A stretch of DNA of 63,324 nt, filler included, from Candidatus Hydrogenedentota bacterium (lineage in GTDB: Bacteria; JBFMHD01), in the NCBI GenBank assembly GCA_040752395.1. It is 9 parts of 9 records of this genome, joined end to end, with 100 filler letters (N's around TTAATTAATTAA, not from the genome) between each part and the next. Parts side by side here need not be neighbours in the genome. Positions count along the whole stretch, not along the records: positions 1 to 20,325 come from JBFMHD010000019.1; 8 more parts are not named here. One strand, 5' to 3'. This document shows, piece after piece, positions 1 through 8,244 of this stretch. The notes beneath the pieces were generated by a model, which saw nothing but the letters and a program-made list of their open reading frames with translations, did no database searches and had not been told where the DNA came from. Position 1 is the stretch's first letter, and every line of letters begins with the position of its first letter. A program made the translations under genes and the position numbers.

Positions 1-131
1 CCGGCTGTAGTCCGTAGCCTGTAGCCTGTAGCCAACATATCATCCTTAGTTTTTCATACTTTGTGCCTTTGTGCCTCTGTGCCTCTTGCTTCTACTTGAT
101 ATCATCAGAGTTACAATGTTTTTCAGAGGAG
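1..131 (+). repeat. Modular intergenic element (partial copy with inverted internal block), ending in the lpxC Shine-Dalgarno
   Basis: CCGGCTGTAGTCCGTAGCCTGTAGCC block, an inverted copy of the GGCACAAA/TATGAAAAACTAAAGATGATATG block, then the shared terminus TTGATAT..AGAGTTACAATGTTTTTCAGAGGAG. Confidence 0.9.
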
Positions 132-140
132 GTTTACGCC

Positions 141-1439
141 ATTCAAAGGACTATAAAAAAAGAGGTTGAATTCAAAGGTAAGGGTCTGCATACAGGAACC
201 GATACGAGAGTGGTTCTAAAGCCCGCTAAACCAAATACAGGTATAATCTTTATTAGAAAAGATTTACCAGAAGAACCGGTTATTGAGGCTATAGGTAATA
301 ATGTTGTGGATTCAGATAGGGGAACGGTTCTTGGAGCATCGTCTGTCAAGATTCGCACAGTTGAACATTTGCTCTCGGTATGTGCAGGCTTATTTATTGA
401 TAATCTCTATATAGATGTTTATGGCGAGGAGATACCTGCATTTGATGGGAGTGCAAAAGAGCTGGTGGATGAGATTATTAAAGTTGGTTTTGACGATGAA
501 CACATAGCAAAACAGATTTACAGGCTAAAAGAACCAATATTTATGAAAGAAGGCGAGAGTTTATTAATCGCTTTACCTTCGAATGAGTTGACTGTTCAAA
601 TGACCATACAACATAATAAAACTACAAATATTCTACAATACAAGAATATAAAAATAACAGAGGAGAATTTTATAAAGGAGATAGCGCCTGCAAGGACTTA
701 TGGATTCTTTGAAGAGATAGAGGAATTAAGGAGCAGAGGATTGATAAAAGGTGGTGAACTTTCTAATGCCATAGTTATTACAAAAGACGGTATAATGAAT
801 AAAGAAGGGTTAAGATTTGAGGACGAGTTTGTAAGGCATAAGATACTTGATTTGTTAGGTGATTTGAAGCTACTCGGTGCTGATATCTGTGCAAACATTA
901 TAGGTATAAAATCAGGTCATAAATTAAATCTAAAATTTGTAAAAAAAATATTACGATTATATCAAATAGATGCTTCTCAATATTTGAAAATACCTGATAT
1001 CGGCGAAGAACAACTTGATATAAAAGAGATAAAAAAGATACTACCTCATCGCTATCCATTTCTTCTGGTTGACAGGATATTATCGATAGACGGTGATGAA
1101 AAAATTATAGGAGTAAAGAATGTTACTATTAATGAAGAATTTTTTCAGGGACATTTCCCGAATTATCCTATAATGCCCGGCGTCTTAATAGTTGAAGCCA
1201 TGGCTCAGGTCGGTGGCGTTTTACTCCTTTCGAAAAAAGAGAACGCTGGCAAAATCGTCTTTTTTATGGGATTGGATAATGTTAAGTTCAGAAGACCCGT
1301 GGTACCAGGTGACCAGATTATATTTGAAGTTGTAAAAATAAAACTAAAAGCTAAAACAGGCGTTATGCACGGCTCCGCCTATGTTAATGGTCAGCTCGCT
1401 GCTGAAGCAGATTTAAAATATTCTATAGTGGATGAATAA
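141..1439 (+). CDS. lpxC-fabZ: Bifunctional LpxC deacetylase / FabZ dehydratase fusion
   Basis: QRTI..GKGLHTG, TVEHLL and HKILDLLGD (LpxC); LPHRYPFLLVD and FFQGHFP..PIMPGVLIVEAMAQ (FabZ). The ORF-track N-terminus is translated repeat; the likely start is ATT at 141, 7 nt after GAGGAGGT. Confidence 0.95.
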   Translation: MQRTIKKEVEFKGKGLHTGTDTRVVLKPAKPNTGIIFIRKDLPEEPVIEAIGNNVVDSDRGTVLGASSVKIRTVEHLLSVCAGLFIDNLYIDVYGEEIPAFDGSAKELVDEIIKVGFDDEHIAKQIYRLKEPIFMKEGESLLIALPSNELTVQMTIQHNKTTNILQYKNIKITEENFIKEIAPARTYGFFEEIEELRSRGLIKGGELSNAIVITKDGIMNKEGLRFEDEFVRHKILDLLGDLKLLGADICANIIGIKSGHKLNLKFVKKILRLYQIDASQYLKIPDIGEEQLDIKEIKKILPHRYPFLLVDRILSIDGDEKIIGVKNVTINEEFFQGHFPNYPIMPGVLIVEAMAQVGGVLLLSKKENAGKIVFFMGLDNVKFRRPVVPGDQIIFEVVKIKLKAKTGVMHGSAYVNGQLAAEADLKYSIVDE

Positions 1440-1441
1440 TT

Positions 1442-2224
1442 ATGTCTGAAATACATAAAACAGCAATAGTATCAAAAAAAGCCGAGATAGGTGAGAACGT
1501 TAAAATCGGACCTTATAGTATAATAAATGACTTTGTTATCATAGGGAACGGTGTTGAGATACAAAATAGTGTTTATGTTGATTCGGGTGTAAAGATTGGG
1601 AATAATTGTAAAATAAGTGTGGGTGCTGTACTTGGTACTCAACCACAGGATACTAAATATAAAGGAGCAACTACCAAAGTCGAGATAGGTGAGAATACAA
1701 TAATAAGAGAATATGCAACGATAAACAGAGGGACAGAGCACGGCGGTGGAATTACAAGGATAGGAAAAGGATGTTACATAATGGCTTATTCTCATATAGC
1801 TCATGATTGTATTTTAGGTAACGAAGTTGTTATGGCTAATGTTGCTACACTTGCAGGACATGTAGTAATTGAAGATTATGCAGTAGTGGGTGGGCTTACG
1901 CCTGTTCATCAATTTGTGAGAATAGGTAAATATGCGTTTATTGGAGGCGCGTCGAGGGTACCGATGGATGTTCTGCCTTTTGTTCGTGCAGCAGGTATCC
2001 CATTAAAAATAATCGGGTTGAATCTTATAGGATTAAAACGCCGCGGTTTTACTTCTGAAAGATTACAGATACTTGAAAAGATTTTTAGATTGTTGCTCCG
2101 ATCCGGCTATAATACCTCAAAAGCAGTGGAGAAGATAAAAGAGAATATCACACTGAACGAAGATGTTGAGAATGTACTTAATTTTATTAAGAACTCTAAA
2201 CGAGGGATTACACGAAGACTTTAG
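1442..2224 (+). CDS. lpxA: UDP-N-acetylglucosamine acyltransferase
   Basis: Hexapeptide repeats, IREYATINRGT, HIAHDC, VHQFVRIG, GLNLIGLKRRGF. Confidence 0.97.
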   Translation: MSEIHKTAIVSKKAEIGENVKIGPYSIINDFVIIGNGVEIQNSVYVDSGVKIGNNCKISVGAVLGTQPQDTKYKGATTKVEIGENTIIREYATINRGTEHGGGITRIGKGCYIMAYSHIAHDCILGNEVVMANVATLAGHVVIEDYAVVGGLTPVHQFVRIGKYAFIGGASRVPMDVLPFVRAAGIPLKIIGLNLIGLKRRGFTSERLQILEKIFRLLLRSGYNTSKAVEKIKENITLNEDVENVLNFIKNSKRGITRRL

Positions 2225-2268
2225 ATTGTAAGTGTCGTTATACAGGTCTCTTTTAAAACCATTTTTAT

Positions 2269-2291
2269 CGCATCTAAAGATGCTCACTACA
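2269..2291 (-). repeat. GTAG-type REP-like palindrome
   Basis: TGTAGTGAGCATCTTTAGATGCG on the minus strand, identical to 43728-43750 on the plus strand. Confidence 0.75.
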
Positions 2292-2403
2292 TTTTTTTGT
2301 TTCTCGTAATTTCAATATAATGTTGTGTGGTGAGGGTCCCAAGACACGTTCTTTAGTCTTTAGACCTGTTTTTAAAAATTTTGTGCCTTTGTGCCTGAAA
2401 AAT

Positions 2404-3234
2404 ATGTCTTTTAAAAAATTAGGAATAATTGCAGGTAGTGGTGAATACCCGAGAGTAGTTGCAGCAAGGGCTAAAGAAGAAGGGTTTGACGTTTATTGTG
2501 TGGCCCTTTCAAATGATTTTATCGACGATTTAAAAGAAGTATCCTCAGAGATTGTATATTTATCACCAGGTGAATTAGGTAAAATAAAAGATTTTTTTAT
2601 AAAACACAGGTTAAAACGAATCGCACTTACTGGTAAGATAGAAAAGAGGATAATGTATAATACCGTTCCTGATACCGAGGCGTTACGTTTATTGAATAAA
2701 ATTAGTGACCATCGAGACAATTCTATCTTGCAGGGTATATGTGAATATTTTTTAGATTATAGAATAGAGGTCTGTGATTCTACACTTTTTGTAAAAGATT
2801 TAATAATTAAAGAAGGATTAATAGCAGGTAGAGCTCTGGATAGCACAGATTGGGATGAGATTGCATTTGGGTATAGAATGGCAAAAGGTATAGCAGCTCT
2901 TGATATTGGACAGACAGTGGTTGTAAAAAACAGGGCTGTTTGCGCTTCTGAATCCATTGAAGGTACTGATGAAACAATCAGGCGTGGTGCAAGATATGGC
3001 GGTTGTGGAGTTTATATAATAAAAGTATCAAAACCAGATCAGGATATGCGGTTTGATTTACCGGTTATTGGTAAAACTACAATTAGTTTAGCTATAGAAA
3101 ATAAAGCAAGTTGTATCGCTATTGAATCTTTAAAATCTTTATTTTTTCAGAGAGAAGACTCCATTGATTTGGCTAACAAACATAAATTAAGTATAATCGG
3201 GTTACCATATAATTGGGATTATAAATGGAGATAA
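2404..3234 (+). CDS. lpxI: UDP-2,3-diacylglucosamine diphosphatase
   Basis: KLGIIAGSGEYP, DIGQTVVV, ESIEGTD, KPDQDMRFDLPVIG; follows lpxA; start moved to ATG 2404. Confidence 0.93.
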   Translation: MSFKKLGIIAGSGEYPRVVAARAKEEGFDVYCVALSNDFIDDLKEVSSEIVYLSPGELGKIKDFFIKHRLKRIALTGKIEKRIMYNTVPDTEALRLLNKISDHRDNSILQGICEYFLDYRIEVCDSTLFVKDLIIKEGLIAGRALDSTDWDEIAFGYRMAKGIAALDIGQTVVVKNRAVCASESIEGTDETIRRGARYGGCGVYIIKVSKPDQDMRFDLPVIGKTTISLAIENKASCIAIESLKSLFFQREDSIDLANKHKLSIIGLPYNWDYKWR

Positions 3235-3986
3235 TTTTTCTTGGCACAGGGACTGCAATATTTACTAAAAAACGTGGTGCCCCTGGAATAATAATAAAAA
3301 ACAAAAACGAGACATTGCTTTTTGATCCTGGCACAGGCACAGGACAGAGACTTGTTTTAAATAATATTGATCCGCGTGAAATCTCAGCTATATTTATCAC
3401 ACATTTTCATATAGATCATACCGCTGATTTAATACCACTTTTTTTCGCTTTTAAAACACCAGGATATAAACCATATAAAAGATATTTGAATATTTATGGG
3501 CCTGTAGGATTAAGAAGGCTTATATCAGAATTAAAGAAAATTTATGGGGATTGGATCAAGGCAGATGAATATAAAAGAAATTTTGTCGAGTTAAAGAAGC
3601 GTTGTAAAGTAAACACAGAAGAGTTTACGATAGAAACATTTCCAGTACCTCATACAACAACAAGTTTAGGATTTAAAATAAGAGAGCGGAAAACAGGTGT
3701 TGTAGTTTCATATTCAGGTGATACGGGTTTCAGTAGTGGCTTTGCTAAATTTGTTAATAATTCAGATATACTTATTCTTGAGTGTTCCCTACCAGACACT
3801 ATGGCGATAAGAACGCATTTGACACCAAAAGATGTATGCGAGTTTCTCAAATTAGCGGATGTAAACAAAGTGGTTCTTACTCATTTTTATCCTCCAGTAG
3901 ATATACCATCGTATTTTAGAAAAATCAGCAAAATTACAAAAAGAGATATTATTCAGGCTTATGACGGTATGAAAATTAAAATGTAA
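3225..3986 (+). CDS. MBL-fold metallo-hydrolase (RNase Z-like)
   Basis: FLGTG, THFHIDHTAD, YSGDT, LTHFYP. Confidence 0.85.
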   Translation: MEIIFLGTGTAIFTKKRGAPGIIIKNKNETLLFDPGTGTGQRLVLNNIDPREISAIFITHFHIDHTADLIPLFFAFKTPGYKPYKRYLNIYGPVGLRRLISELKKIYGDWIKADEYKRNFVELKKRCKVNTEEFTIETFPVPHTTTSLGFKIRERKTGVVVSYSGDTGFSSGFAKFVNNSDILILECSLPDTMAIRTHLTPKDVCEFLKLADVNKVVLTHFYPPVDIPSYFRKISKITKRDIIQAYDGMKIKM

Positions 3987-4071
3987 CTGATTAGAGGCCA
4001 ATAATTTTATTGACAGAAAGCTTAAAATAGTTATTAAATAAATTAAAATCAAGAAAGGAGGTATGTACTCG

Positions 4072-4137
4072 ATGAGTTGCGGAAAGAAGCAATGTACAAA
4101 GAAGAAACCAGCAAGAAAAAAGGCGGGCAAAAAATAA
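4072..4137 (+). CDS. 21-aa Lys-rich micropeptide MSCGKKQCTKKKPARKKAGKK
   Basis: Strong SD AAGGAGGT (4055-4062) 9 nt before the ATG, TTGACA at 4010, ends in TAA TAA; below the ORF-track cutoff. Confidence 0.55.
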   Translation: MSCGKKQCTKKKPARKKAGKK

Positions 4138-4158
4138 TAATATAGGAGGTCAAGGCTT

Positions 4159-4326
4159 ATGTTAGTAGTTCAGAGGCAAATTAAAGAGGTTATAAAACAA
4201 GCAGGTTTAAATACATCGTCTGAGTTAGCTAAGGAATTAAACAAAGTTGTTGATGAGATAATTAAAAAAGCAATAGAGCGTGCCAGAGCAAATGATAGAA
4301 AAACAGTAAGGTCGTGTGATATATAA
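4159..4326 (+). CDS. Bacterial histone-fold protein, 55 aa, alpha3-truncated (DUF1931-like)
   Basis: MLVVQRQIKEVIKQAGLNTSSELAKELNKVVDEIIKKAIERARANDRKTVRSCDI with the histone L2 motif RKTV...D; SD AGGAGGT; missed by the ORF track. Confidence 0.88.
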   Translation: MLVVQRQIKEVIKQAGLNTSSELAKELNKVVDEIIKKAIERARANDRKTVRSCDI

Positions 4327-4479
4327 TAATAATCACAATCCATAATACTTACAAGGCAACCGTGATTCAGACACTTTCACTTTAGACTTTAGACATCAGA
4401 CTTTTTTGTGTAATTTCTGGCTACTTTCTTCCTTTAAGTCTAACGTCTGATGTCGATGGTCTACTGTTTAAATTGCAGA

Positions 4480-5532
4480 ATGAATAGAGAGATTTTACAA
4501 AAATATTTTCTCCCCCATTTTTTATTTTCAAACAAAGATTTGCTTATAATTCTCATACTAATAATCGTAGTAATATTATTGTTGATTATTACCTTACTTA
4601 TAATAAAATTAAAGAATGTAAAGAGAGTTAAAATAGACAGAGAAATATTATTAAGAAAAATCTTTAATGAAAAAAATATTGACAGAGAAGAAGAAGAACT
4701 TATTAAAAAAATGTCAAGACTCTCAAATTGCGATGAATTATTGATTATAAGTCAATCTGCAATGTTCGAAGTGGGGGTTGATGAGATAATAAAAACCGAG
4801 ATAGAAGTAGATAAAGAGCTGAATGAAAAGATAGGTGGTCTGAGAAAAAAACTTGGTTTTACAAAACATTTATCCAGTACCTACTTGAAATCTTCAAGAC
4901 AATTTAAAACAGGTTCTAAAGTAAAAATATATCTAAATAAAGAAAACTTCAAAGACGGGAGTATAAAAAAAATTGATGAACTCGATTGGCGGATTGAAAT
5001 AAAAGATATAGAAACTATAAAAAAGAGTGGGAAGCAAAATTTTGAGGTTGAGGTCATAAGGCAGGACGATGGGATATATAATATGATTTTACCTGTGAAA
5101 GAGTGTAATATTTCTTTGAATACCATAGTCTTTCCACATACTTTAAAGTTAGAAAGAAAACAGATAAGAGAATATAGAAGATTCAAGTTCGAGACAGAGG
5201 TTATAATTGTTCCTTTATTTACGAGCGAAAATTACAGAGAAGTAGAGTATATGGGTAAAGTAGGGGAATGGGCTGAGGGATATGTCTATAAATCCGTAAC
5301 AAAAGATATATCCGGTGGCGGAATCTCTCTCTCGATAAAAGAGGAGATACCTGAGGCTGAATATTATGCTGTAAAAATATATTTCGAAAAAGATAAACTG
5401 CCGTTTATAATAGCAAAAATAAAACAGAGAGTCGATCTGGAAGATGAGAGTATACTAAGAATGGAATTTTATAACATCCAGCCAGGCATACAGGATAGAA
5501 TTATTAAACAGATGATGGAATACGAAAGATAG
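4480..5532 (+). CDS. Membrane-anchored PilZ-domain (YcgR-like) c-di-GMP receptor
   Basis: N-terminal TM helix; REYRR (RxxxR) and DISGGG (DxSxGG); start uncertain. Confidence 0.8.
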   Translation: MNREILQKYFLPHFLFSNKDLLIILILIIVVILLLIITLLIIKLKNVKRVKIDREILLRKIFNEKNIDREEEELIKKMSRLSNCDELLIISQSAMFEVGVDEIIKTEIEVDKELNEKIGGLRKKLGFTKHLSSTYLKSSRQFKTGSKVKIYLNKENFKDGSIKKIDELDWRIEIKDIETIKKSGKQNFEVEVIRQDDGIYNMILPVKECNISLNTIVFPHTLKLERKQIREYRRFKFETEVIIVPLFTSENYREVEYMGKVGEWAEGYVYKSVTKDISGGGISLSIKEEIPEAEYYAVKIYFEKDKLPFIIAKIKQRVDLEDESILRMEFYNIQPGIQDRIIKQMMEYER

Positions 5533-5627
5533 AAATTTTGATTGACTGAAATAAATCAAAAAATAAAATTATTATCCAGGACTTGATAATTTGAATCACT
5601 CGTACTTATCGCTTATTATTTTTTTAC

Positions 5628-5749
5628 GAGGAGTCGTTATGAGCGTAGTTTGCGCTCTACACTAGTGGGTTATTGCGTTCTTGCGTTATCTTGCCTCTTG
5701 CCTCTTGCTTCTACTTGATATTATTAAGTTACAATGTTTTTCAGAGGAG
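5628..5749 (+). repeat. Modular intergenic element, internally deleted copy
   Basis: Begins GAGGAGTCGTTATGAGCG..GCGCTCTACACT, jumps to the CTCTTGC array, ends TTTTTCAGAGGAG. Confidence 0.9.
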
Positions 5750-5761
5750 GTTTCATTTTTT

Positions 5762-6988
5762 ATGAAAAGAACTTTATGCATTATATTTATTTTTTATTTA
5801 GTCTCACCTTTGATGGGATGGAATACAAAAGTAAAGGATTCAATCATAGAAGATGCGATTAAATCTATATCACCATCAAGAATAGAGGTGTTAGAATCTA
5901 AAAAAGACGCTCTGTTTACAGAACAAGCAAGAAAAGCAGATATTGTATTTTCAAGTTACAGTCAGGCTGCGTATAAATTAAATATAGAAGTTGTTGAACT
6001 TTTTAGGAATGTTACAGATGAAGATGCATACCTTGAACAGTTAGCAGTTATTGTGAATCAGGTGACAGAATTGTTCGACCCGTTTATCATATCAAGAGAA
6101 AGAGGTATTTATGAAACAAGGGACAGAGAATTCCACAATGAGGTCCAAGAGGTTCTTACTGATTTAAGAACCCACCATATAGCACCCTCTTATTACCCCT
6201 ACTCAACCCCATGGATGACACCTTCTTATGGCAACCAGATGATGACTCATCCTTATGCTGTCCAGAGTATTGTCCCTGAAGCGATCAGGGTAGCTGAGTT
6301 GAGAGGGAAAAGAGTTCTGGCTTTGTATTTACGTGGATATAATATCTACGATTTAAAAGGTGAAATTATCGCACTTTATGCTGAAACTGTAAGAACAGTT
6401 GCAAGAGTTATTGATGGTTTTCTTTATTATTATCAAATACGAAACAGGATGATGCCAGCTATGTATGGCTCTGGTATGTATGGTCATAATATTGTGGAGG
6501 TTAAGATTGGTGACTGGTATAAAGAGATAGGAACGTTTTATGGTAAGAAAGTTTCAGGATTGAAAGGATTTGGTAGCATTGAGGTTGAAACAGAAAAGGG
6601 ACAGAAACAGGAACAGGCGATTGAGAATGCTTTAAGGATTGCGCTTGAATCTGAGGCGGTAAGAAAAAATATTAAAAGTTTATATAAGGTTTCTGATAAA
6701 GATATAAATACCTCTGGTATAGAAGTTAAAATCAGGGCAGGTGGTTATTCTCCTTTTGGGCAATATCAGATGATGCCAAATCTCCATTTATTACCTTATC
6801 AAGAACAGTACTCTTATCCTTATGGATATGAAAGTATGTATCCTTATCCAGGTTATTATGGTATGCCTGAACCTTATTATGATTATACGTATGGTATGCC
6901 ATATTACTATGGTTATCAGCCATATTATCCATTATATCCTGAATGGGGTATGTATAATTATCCATACTATTATCCGTATTGGTATTAA
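5762..6988 (+). CDS. Secreted hypothetical protein with a Tyr/Pro/Gly/Met-rich C-terminal tail
   Basis: Signal peptide MKRTLCIIFIFYLVSPLMG; ATG follows the element SD; tail about 40% Tyr. Confidence 0.8.
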   Translation: MKRTLCIIFIFYLVSPLMGWNTKVKDSIIEDAIKSISPSRIEVLESKKDALFTEQARKADIVFSSYSQAAYKLNIEVVELFRNVTDEDAYLEQLAVIVNQVTELFDPFIISRERGIYETRDREFHNEVQEVLTDLRTHHIAPSYYPYSTPWMTPSYGNQMMTHPYAVQSIVPEAIRVAELRGKRVLALYLRGYNIYDLKGEIIALYAETVRTVARVIDGFLYYYQIRNRMMPAMYGSGMYGHNIVEVKIGDWYKEIGTFYGKKVSGLKGFGSIEVETEKGQKQEQAIENALRIALESEAVRKNIKSLYKVSDKDINTSGIEVKIRAGGYSPFGQYQMMPNLHLLPYQEQYSYPYGYESMYPYPGYYGMPEPYYDYTYGMPYYYGYQPYYPLYPEWGMYNYPYYYPYWY

Positions 6989-7122
6989 AAGGTCTCTCTA
7001 ATGGATAGCTTACTGGTAGGCACAAAGTAGTAAAGGCACAAAGGCACAAAGAAGAAAAAAACTTTGTGCCTAAAACAATCGATTTTAGTAGGCGGATACT
7101 TTTGGGCAAGAGCAACAAAGAA

Positions 7123-7195
7123 GCCGAGGTAGCTCAGTCGGTAGAGCGACGGACTGAAAATCCGTGCGTCGGCGGTTCGATTCCGTCCCTCGGCA
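7123..7195 (+). tRNA. tRNA-Phe (GAA), CCA not encoded
   Basis: GCCGAGG/CCTCGGC acceptor stem, D arm, CTGAAAA anticodon loop, GGTTCGATTCC T arm. Confidence 0.97.
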
Positions 7196-7246
7196 GTTAA
7201 TAAGAAGCAAGAGGCAAGATGCAAGAAGCGAGAGAGTGTAGAACCA

Positions 7247-7279
7247 TAGTAGGGATGAGCCGGTGGCTCACCCCTACTA
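7247..7279 (+). repeat. GTAG...CTAC REP-like hairpin
   Basis: TAGTAGGGATGAGCCGGTGGCTCACCCCTACTA, imperfect palindrome. Confidence 0.65.
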
Positions 7280-7314
7280 CTGAGTTGGTGGTGGTAGCTG
7301 GCAGGAGATGAAAA

Positions 7315-8244
7315 ATGAGTAAAAAGATTTGTTATTTATTCCCGGGCCAGGGTGCTCAATTTGTTGGGATGGGTAAAGATTTATATGATAATTATGAAGA
7401 AACAAGATTAATATTTAAAGAGATAAAGGATGTCTTACCTGATAATATTTTATCAATAATGTTTGAAGGTAGCGAAGAGACTTTAAAACAGACTATATAT
7501 ACGCAGCCTGCGATTTTTTTGCACAGTATTTTTGTTTTAAATATTATCGAAAAAAGAGAACAAATCCGACCAACCTTTGTTTGTGGTCATAGCGTTGGTG
7601 AATATGCTGCTTTAGTTGCTGCTTCAGTATTAAGTATAAGAGATGCTGCTTATTTAGTTTCAAACAGAGCTAAATTTATGGATGAAGAAGCAAGAAAAAC
7701 AGAAGGCACTATGGCGGCTGTAATCGGGCTTGATGATGAGATTATCATTGAGTCTTGTAGAGAAACTCAAGGGGTCTGCATACCAGCTAATTTTAATTCA
7801 CCTGGCCAGGTGGTTATCTCTGGTGAGAGACAAGCAGTCGAGAAAACATCTCAGATTTTAAAAGACAAGGGTGCAAAGCGAGTTATCCCGCTTGTAGTAA
7901 GCGGAGCCTGGCATTCTCCTTTAATGAAAAAAGCTGAAGAAAATCTGAAAGGTTTGATAGAGAAAGTTGTGTTTAAAAAACCAGAATGTTTTGTCGTCTC
8001 AAACGTATCAGCTGAACCATTAGATAATGAAAATATTTTAAAAGAAAATTTAAAAGTTCAGATAACGAGTTCTGTGCAATGGGCCAAATCTATGAAAAAT
8101 ATTATGAATAATAATGTAGATTTGTTTATAGAGATGGGACCTGGGAACGTTCTTTCAGGACTTTTAAAAAGAATTGATAAAGATAAAAAAGCTATATCGA
8201 TATCAAAGATTGAAGATATAAAAAATCTCGGAGAAGTATTATGA
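7315..8244 (+). CDS. fabD: Malonyl-CoA:ACP transacylase
   Basis: FPGQGAQ, GHSVGEY, NSPGQVVISG, VSGAWHS. Confidence 0.97.
   Translation: MSKKICYLFPGQGAQFVGMGKDLYDNYEETRLIFKEIKDVLPDNILSIMFEGSEETLKQTIYTQPAIFLHSIFVLNIIEKREQIRPTFVCGHSVGEYAALVAASVLSIRDAAYLVSNRAKFMDEEARKTEGTMAAVIGLDDEIIIESCRETQGVCIPANFNSPGQVVISGERQAVEKTSQILKDKGAKRVIPLVVSGAWHSPLMKKAEENLKGLIEKVVFKKPECFVVSNVSAEPLDNENILKENLKVQITSSVQWAKSMKNIMNNNVDLFIEMGPGNVLSGLLKRIDKDKKAISISKIEDIKNLGEVL

Noticed and set aside
141-1439. LpxC-FabZ fusion as a novelty
   Set aside because: Well known in Bacteroidota, Chlorobi and other lineages
6985-7224. 79-aa minus-strand ORF
   Set aside because: Antisense to tRNA-Phe and repeats
7123-7240. tRNA-Phe as an integration site
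   Set aside because: No duplicated 3' end or integrase nearby; absence of an encoded CCA is common
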